DNA of 55,967 bases, from IMG/VR virus record IMGVR_UViG_3300034894_000006, positions 1-55,967 of that record. One strand, given 5' to 3'. Within the stretch, counting starts at the first letter, position 1, and the number at the start of each line of letters is the position of its first letter. Position numbers and translations under genes: made by a program. The notes under the pieces were generated by a model. It had not been told where the DNA came from. It did not search any database and was given only the letters and a program-made list of their open reading frames with translations. Positions 52,246 through 55,967 of the stretch are shown piece by piece. Source of the DNA: a virus. Its lineage: Duplodnaviria; Caudoviricetes.

Positions 52246-52756
52246 AATTCTTCTCTATCTGGTTTACGTTGAAATGCACTTCTGCGGTCACCTTGGCGGG
52301 CTTATTCTGCAGTAAGCGTATCTTGTCAATACCTTCACGCAGGAGCGTAGTAAGATCGCGGGTAGATACTTTTACGCGGACTATGTCCCCTTCTTTCGTA
52401 AGTATCTCATCACCATTAGCTAACCGTTCTAGAATCTCCGTGGTGGCCTTTTCGACTATATCTGATAGGCGTGCCTCCAGTAGCTCCGCATATTCTCTTT
52501 TAGCCTCATCATAGGCTGCCGGAAACCACGATTGTTTAAGCCACGGATATAGTGTCCGTGACGGTATTTTCATCGTTTCGGCTATCTTCTTGACATTTCC
52601 ATGCAAGAGGTATAGCACCGCGAAGTTCTTATGATCCTCGTCTGTGTACTCTCGTTTATCCTGCGAGCGTTGCTCGTCATTGGCTTTAGCCAAGGTCTTC
52701 GACGGTGACTTCTGTGGTGATAAAGTTATCTGATTGTTCTGGTCTTGGACTTCCAC
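52196..52756 (-). CDS. terS: Terminase small subunit (HTH; start uncertain)
   Basis: HTH-like GNVKKIAETMKIPSRTLYPW; directly upstream of terL. Confidence 0.7.
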   Translation of the reverse strand: MEVQDQNNQITLSPQKSPSKTLAKANDEQRSQDKREYTDEDHKNFAVLYLLHGNVKKIAETMKIPSRTLYPWLKQSWFPAAYDEAKREYAELLEARLSDIVEKATTEILERLANGDEILTKEGDIVRVKVSTRDLTTLLREGIDKIRLLQNKPAKVTAEVHFNVNQIEKNFAELADKYHDRIVATQ

Positions 52757-53009
52757 GCTCTCTCTCTGTTGCTCGACCTCTATTGAGGTCTTGGGGGTGT
52801 CTAGGCTCCCACGATTCTTTACGAACCATTTTACCTGTCCACTCTTTCTTCAAGCCTTCCTTTACGGAAACCCTGAACCCTGTTCTATCACAAATAAGAT
52901 AGTTATTCGGCGGAGGAAGCTCGGCTTGATCATTTTCCTCGCCTATAGGATCAGTAGTACTCTGTCCTGAGGTACTACCGGGTTTAGGATCTGGTGTAGG
53001 ATAAGTCAT
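52686..53009 (-). CDS. Hypothetical phage protein
   Basis: GAGGG SD; CDRTGF...EWTG..V...WEPRHPQ. Confidence 0.7.
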   Translation of the reverse strand: MTYPTPDPKPGSTSGQSTTDPIGEENDQAELPPPNNYLICDRTGFRVSVKEGLKKEWTGKMVRKESWEPRHPQDLNRGRATERERGSPRPEQSDNFITTEVTVEDLG

Positions 53010-53053
53010 AACGTAGTCAACCCTCTTTCGGAAGGTAGAACTGGATCACCTCC

Positions 53054-53437
53054 TTAATCACGACGCTTAAAGCGTCGCCAATAAATGCGTTTATTGTAAG
53101 TAATTCCTGTCCAATACAGCTCTCCGCTACCATCAAACCATTGGGATTTGTGAGAAAGTGCTATTGAGTGGCCCCTTGGAAATTCCCAGCCTATAAGGTC
53201 TCCCACAAACATAGGCTCATCTCCACCACAACTAAAAGCCCCAGGATTAGGCCCACCACGAGGGTTATCAGGCCACAAAGGATTGATAACCACAGCTTTT
53301 TGACACTTTGGGTTCTCAAGAAAGGACGAATAATTAGTAAATCGAACACCAATACCCAGCTCTGTATACAAACCCTGCGCTTCAGTACTGTGCGCTGCAA
53401 ATAAAAATACTAAAAATAGTGTAAATTTCTTGAACAT
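53054..53437 (-). CDS. Exported protein (signal peptide, beta-rich)
   Basis: MFKKFTLFLVFLFAAHSTEA; TAATG coupling. Confidence 0.65.
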   Translation of the reverse strand: MFKKFTLFLVFLFAAHSTEAQGLYTELGIGVRFTNYSSFLENPKCQKAVVINPLWPDNPRGGPNPGAFSCGGDEPMFVGDLIGWEFPRGHSIALSHKSQWFDGSGELYWTGITYNKRIYWRRFKRRD

Positions 53438-54147
53438 TATAATTTATTTTTAGGGTTTTTAAGGTTTCCCATAAGACGATCAAAGAATTCTTGGGTATTT
53501 CCTGTTTTGTGAGCAAGATCAAGGATTCTGCCTTGAGATTGATCTAGATAAGCAAATCTTTTTTGTGCGGATTGATATGCTTCCGCTGTTTTACGCAACT
53601 CAGTAGCAATATTTCGAGACTCTTCTCTCATTTCTTGAAAAACTTGGTATCTGTCTTTACCTAGTTTGAATCTAATAGCAGAATCGCCTTTGATTCCTTG
53701 CAATTCTTGCTGGAATTTCATCAGCCCTTGCTGGACTCGGATCCCTCTTTGTTTTAGATCATCCTGTATTGTCAGCAAGTCTCTTGCTACTTGTCTTAGT
53801 TGTACTCTTTCTCGGGTTAGGTCATCTAGCCGCTTTAAATGGGCATTAAGGGGTACTATCGGGGGAGTCCTACTCCTCCCACCCCCTGAGCCTAAAAGCG
53901 TCCCAGTGGGCTTTGGAGAGCCCATACCACCGCCTGTAATGTTCATGGCAAGGTTTAGCAACTCATCGTTGCCTATATTCTCACCTTTCATGGCCCTACC
54001 GGGTACGGAAGCTGCATTCAACAGATTGGCTAGTATTCCAGGTAGTGCTAGTTCTCTTTTGTTGAACACACTTCTGCCACCACCGGGTATACTTTCTTTG
54101 ATAGGTAGTATATTAAACCTACCTTCCATATCGAAGGGTTCAGCCAT
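53437..54147 (-). CDS. Coiled-coil hypothetical protein
   Basis: Start reassigned to MAEPFD (TAATG coupling). Confidence 0.65.
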   Translation of the reverse strand: MAEPFDMEGRFNILPIKESIPGGGRSVFNKRELALPGILANLLNAASVPGRAMKGENIGNDELLNLAMNITGGGMGSPKPTGTLLGSGGGRSRTPPIVPLNAHLKRLDDLTRERVQLRQVARDLLTIQDDLKQRGIRVQQGLMKFQQELQGIKGDSAIRFKLGKDRYQVFQEMREESRNIATELRKTAEAYQSAQKRFAYLDQSQGRILDLAHKTGNTQEFFDRLMGNLKNPKNKL

Positions 54148-54215
54148 TAGAGTTCTACAATATCTCCTGCAAGCAGGAAGAACACAAATAATCCAAGCAT
54201 AGCTATAGCAATCAT
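54147..54215 (-). CDS. 22-aa hydrophobic peptide (not in the ORF track)
   Basis: AAGGGG SD; MIAIAMLGLFVFFLLAGDIVEL; TAATG coupling. Confidence 0.5.
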   Translation of the reverse strand: MIAIAMLGLFVFFLLAGDIVEL

Positions 54216-54240
54216 AAGATGCCCCTTTGAAGATTAAGAG

Positions 54241-54558
54241 GTAGTTTGGAAGTCCTGTACTACGACCGGGCCGCTCTTTTACCAAAAAAGGCCCGGATAC
54301 TGAACTAAAACTACATTTATTGAGGATATGACTCGCCCCTTATAGGGCGAATCGTTGATTCGGTGACCGGTACCAACCGGAATAGGCATTGCACCTACTT
54401 AAGGATCTGGTATACCTACATTTACGTTAGTACGTCCCTATCACGTAGTAACAACCTGGCGGGGCTAGTCGTCTTACGACGTTTGTCTACCGTAACCTTA
54501 GTTACGAACCAGGACACACTCACCTTACATTAGATGGTGCTGTTGAGGAGTATTAAGC
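54241..54558 (-). ncRNA. Structured non-coding RNA candidate
   Basis: Dense series of hairpins in a stretch without a convincing ORF, downstream of tRNA-Gly. Confidence 0.45.
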
Positions 54559-54632
54559 TGGAGCCTAGAGACGGAATCGAACCGTCGCCATCAATTTGGA
54601 AGATTGAGGTTCTACCACTATACTATCAGGGC
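54559..54632 (-). tRNA. tRNA-Gly(UCC), with mismatches in the acceptor stem
   Basis: GCCCUGA/UCUAGGC + UCCA; UCAAU-CUUCCAA-AUUGA; GACGG-UUCGAUU-CCGUC. Confidence 0.8.
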
Positions 54633-54717
54633 TTTTTACAGGACTTCCAATTCACAAAACCTAGTATGTTTTACCACCCCTAGGTAGGCTAATTGGAAGC
54701 CTCTACCGAGTGGTATT

Positions 54718-54790
54718 TGGAGGCACGGTACGGAGTCTAACCGCCATCTCCCTCAAATCAGAAAGGTGCTCTTACGTTGAGCTACGTGCC
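54718..54790 (-). tRNA. Degenerate tRNA-like gene, anticodon GAU (Ile)
   Basis: GGCACG/CGUGCC + UCCA; GCUC/GAGC D stem; CCUUU-CUGAUUU-GAGGG; T loop UUAGACU. Confidence 0.55.
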
Positions 54791-54809
54791 ATTTTTTAAA
54801 TAAGTGCTC

Positions 54810-54839
54810 ATTATAGCACATTTTAAAGGTACTTGTCAA
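54810..54839 (-). promoter_or_regulatory. Sigma70-type promoter driving the tRNA and late arm
   Basis: TTGACA-18 nt-TATAAT with TGn. Confidence 0.85.
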
Positions 54840-55198
54840 GTTTTAGAAAAGTACCAAAAAAGCAAAATTTTTAAAAAAATTGCAGCAGTTATGCATGGTG
54901 GGACCGCTAGCTACTGCGCAGCGGATAGTTTTTGCCCCTGGACCCGGTCTAAACATGAGGCTCATTTCGTACAGTACGCATCTATTTACGTGCGTTATGC
55001 AACTAATTACGTGCAGAATGCAAGCAAATAGCCCTATATATGGGAAGATTGATAGTGCGGGATCACATCACACTCGACATTGTTAGGCGATCTAAGCACA
55101 TACCCTCGCAGCTCTAGGCCAACATACCTAGCGTCCCGAGGGCTGATATGTACGTGTGCTAACAGTCTTGAATGCGGCACTACGCGGGCTTTGGAAAC

Positions 55199-55229
55199 TT
55201 GACAAGTAGTGCCAGGTACATGCTATACT
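55199..55229 (+). promoter_or_regulatory. Sigma70-type promoter (long spacer)
   Basis: TTGACA-19 nt-TATACT with TGn; shares TTGACAAGTA with the promoters at 1570 and 54839. Confidence 0.6.
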
Positions 55230-55557
55230 AGGATAGTAGAGCTACGGCACGGACTTTGCATTGTGCAAGAGATATGCCAAAACCTAGATATGTGCGTCGC
55301 GTACGTAAAATATACGCGAGTATATTTCGTGATTAGGCTCACGATAGTCTTGCACTCGATACGATCTTTGTGGTTAGATTCGCGTTACGGACCTCGCGCG
55401 CCGAAAGCGGCGAGGGCTAGGCCAGCATAGGGCTGGCTAGATAAGCTCAGGGCACGGCTCATCCGTGACTTGTCACCGCTAGGTGGCATTACGACAAAGT
55501 GGAACGGGTTTAGTACGGGGCTTGCCTTAGCCGTCTGTAGGCGGAAAGGAATGCCCT

Positions 55558-55884
55558 ATGACTGACTCCGATGAATCATGGCTAGCCCGAGTAGCTGGCT
55601 ATGCAGTGAACTACGCTGGCCTTGCCAAGCGTGAGATAGCCCTACATGGCCTAGACTTCGATATAGGCCAGCCCATAAGCGAATGGATCGTAGCTAACGA
55701 GCAATACATAGCAAAGCCTAGATTCGCTGATATGTTCCGACAGATGCCCACAATATTGAACGTAGGCGAGCCGTGCGATTGTGACCATTGCCTAGATCGC
55801 GTTGCATTCTTCCAAAAGCGCGGGCCTATTCAGCGCGTGTTTCCTGAGATTGTTTGCGACGATATTCATGGAGATATCCCCTAG
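55558..55884 (+). CDS. Hypothetical protein
   Basis: AAGGA SD; CDCDHC. Confidence 0.65.
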   Translation: MTDSDESWLARVAGYAVNYAGLAKREIALHGLDFDIGQPISEWIVANEQYIAKPRFADMFRQMPTILNVGEPCDCDHCLDRVAFFQKRGPIQRVFPEIVCDDIHGDIP

Positions 55885-55967
55885 CTTCTCAACCGCAAGC
55901 CCCGCATTAAGCCCGTTCTACGACATCAAAACCCTCTAGTGCTAAAGCACTCATGTCGCCGCAAGGC

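Noticed and set aside
54148-54285. N-terminal extension of ORF 53437..54285
   Set aside because: It overlaps the structured RNA and the 22-aa ORF; the coupled ATG at 54147 is the more plausible start.
55841-55967. 127-bp terminal repeat as a biological DTR
   Set aside because: The length matches a common assembler k-mer and the junction falls inside ORF 55558..55884, so it is best read as a circularisation artefact.
1-55967. Integrase, RNA polymerase, introns/inteins, reverse transcriptase, stop-codon recoding, Z-base pathway
   Set aside because: No matching motifs seen; core genes are intact in the standard code and several end in TAG or TGA.

Overview
The window is an apparently complete ~55.8 kb dsDNA phage genome. 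Bases 1-127 repeat exactly at 55841-55967, which looks like a circular assembly overlap. I see no integrase, repressor or RNA polymerase, so it is probably lytic and dependent on host RNA polymerase. The + strand (about 55.2 kb, wrapping, to 30.3 kb) carries early and replication genes: a Ro60/TROVE protein, a phiEco32-type peptide-ligase cluster, primase, DnaB helicase, a Prs-like/Nampt-like pair with the NARP1 layout, family A DNA polymerase, exo- and endonucleases, and two tRNA-like genes. The - strand (54.8 to 30.3 kb) carries two irregular tRNAs, terminase, portal, GroES, scaffold, capsid, P22-like podovirus tail and ejection proteins, and lysis genes. The most striking feature is RNA-based. 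Six copies of a covarying Y-RNA-like stem (UGGCGUAG-like...UACUUC / G(C/U)NUGUUC) lie in three pairs upstream of the Ro60 gene, each enclosing a different payload. One payload is a complete circularly permuted tRNA-Arg-like module, and most of the others begin with a 7-nt anticodon-like loop with a different triplet. The genome also has a tRNA-like gene with rearranged arms and other structured non-coding stretches. All calls come from reading motifs by eye; no database searches or folding programs were run.
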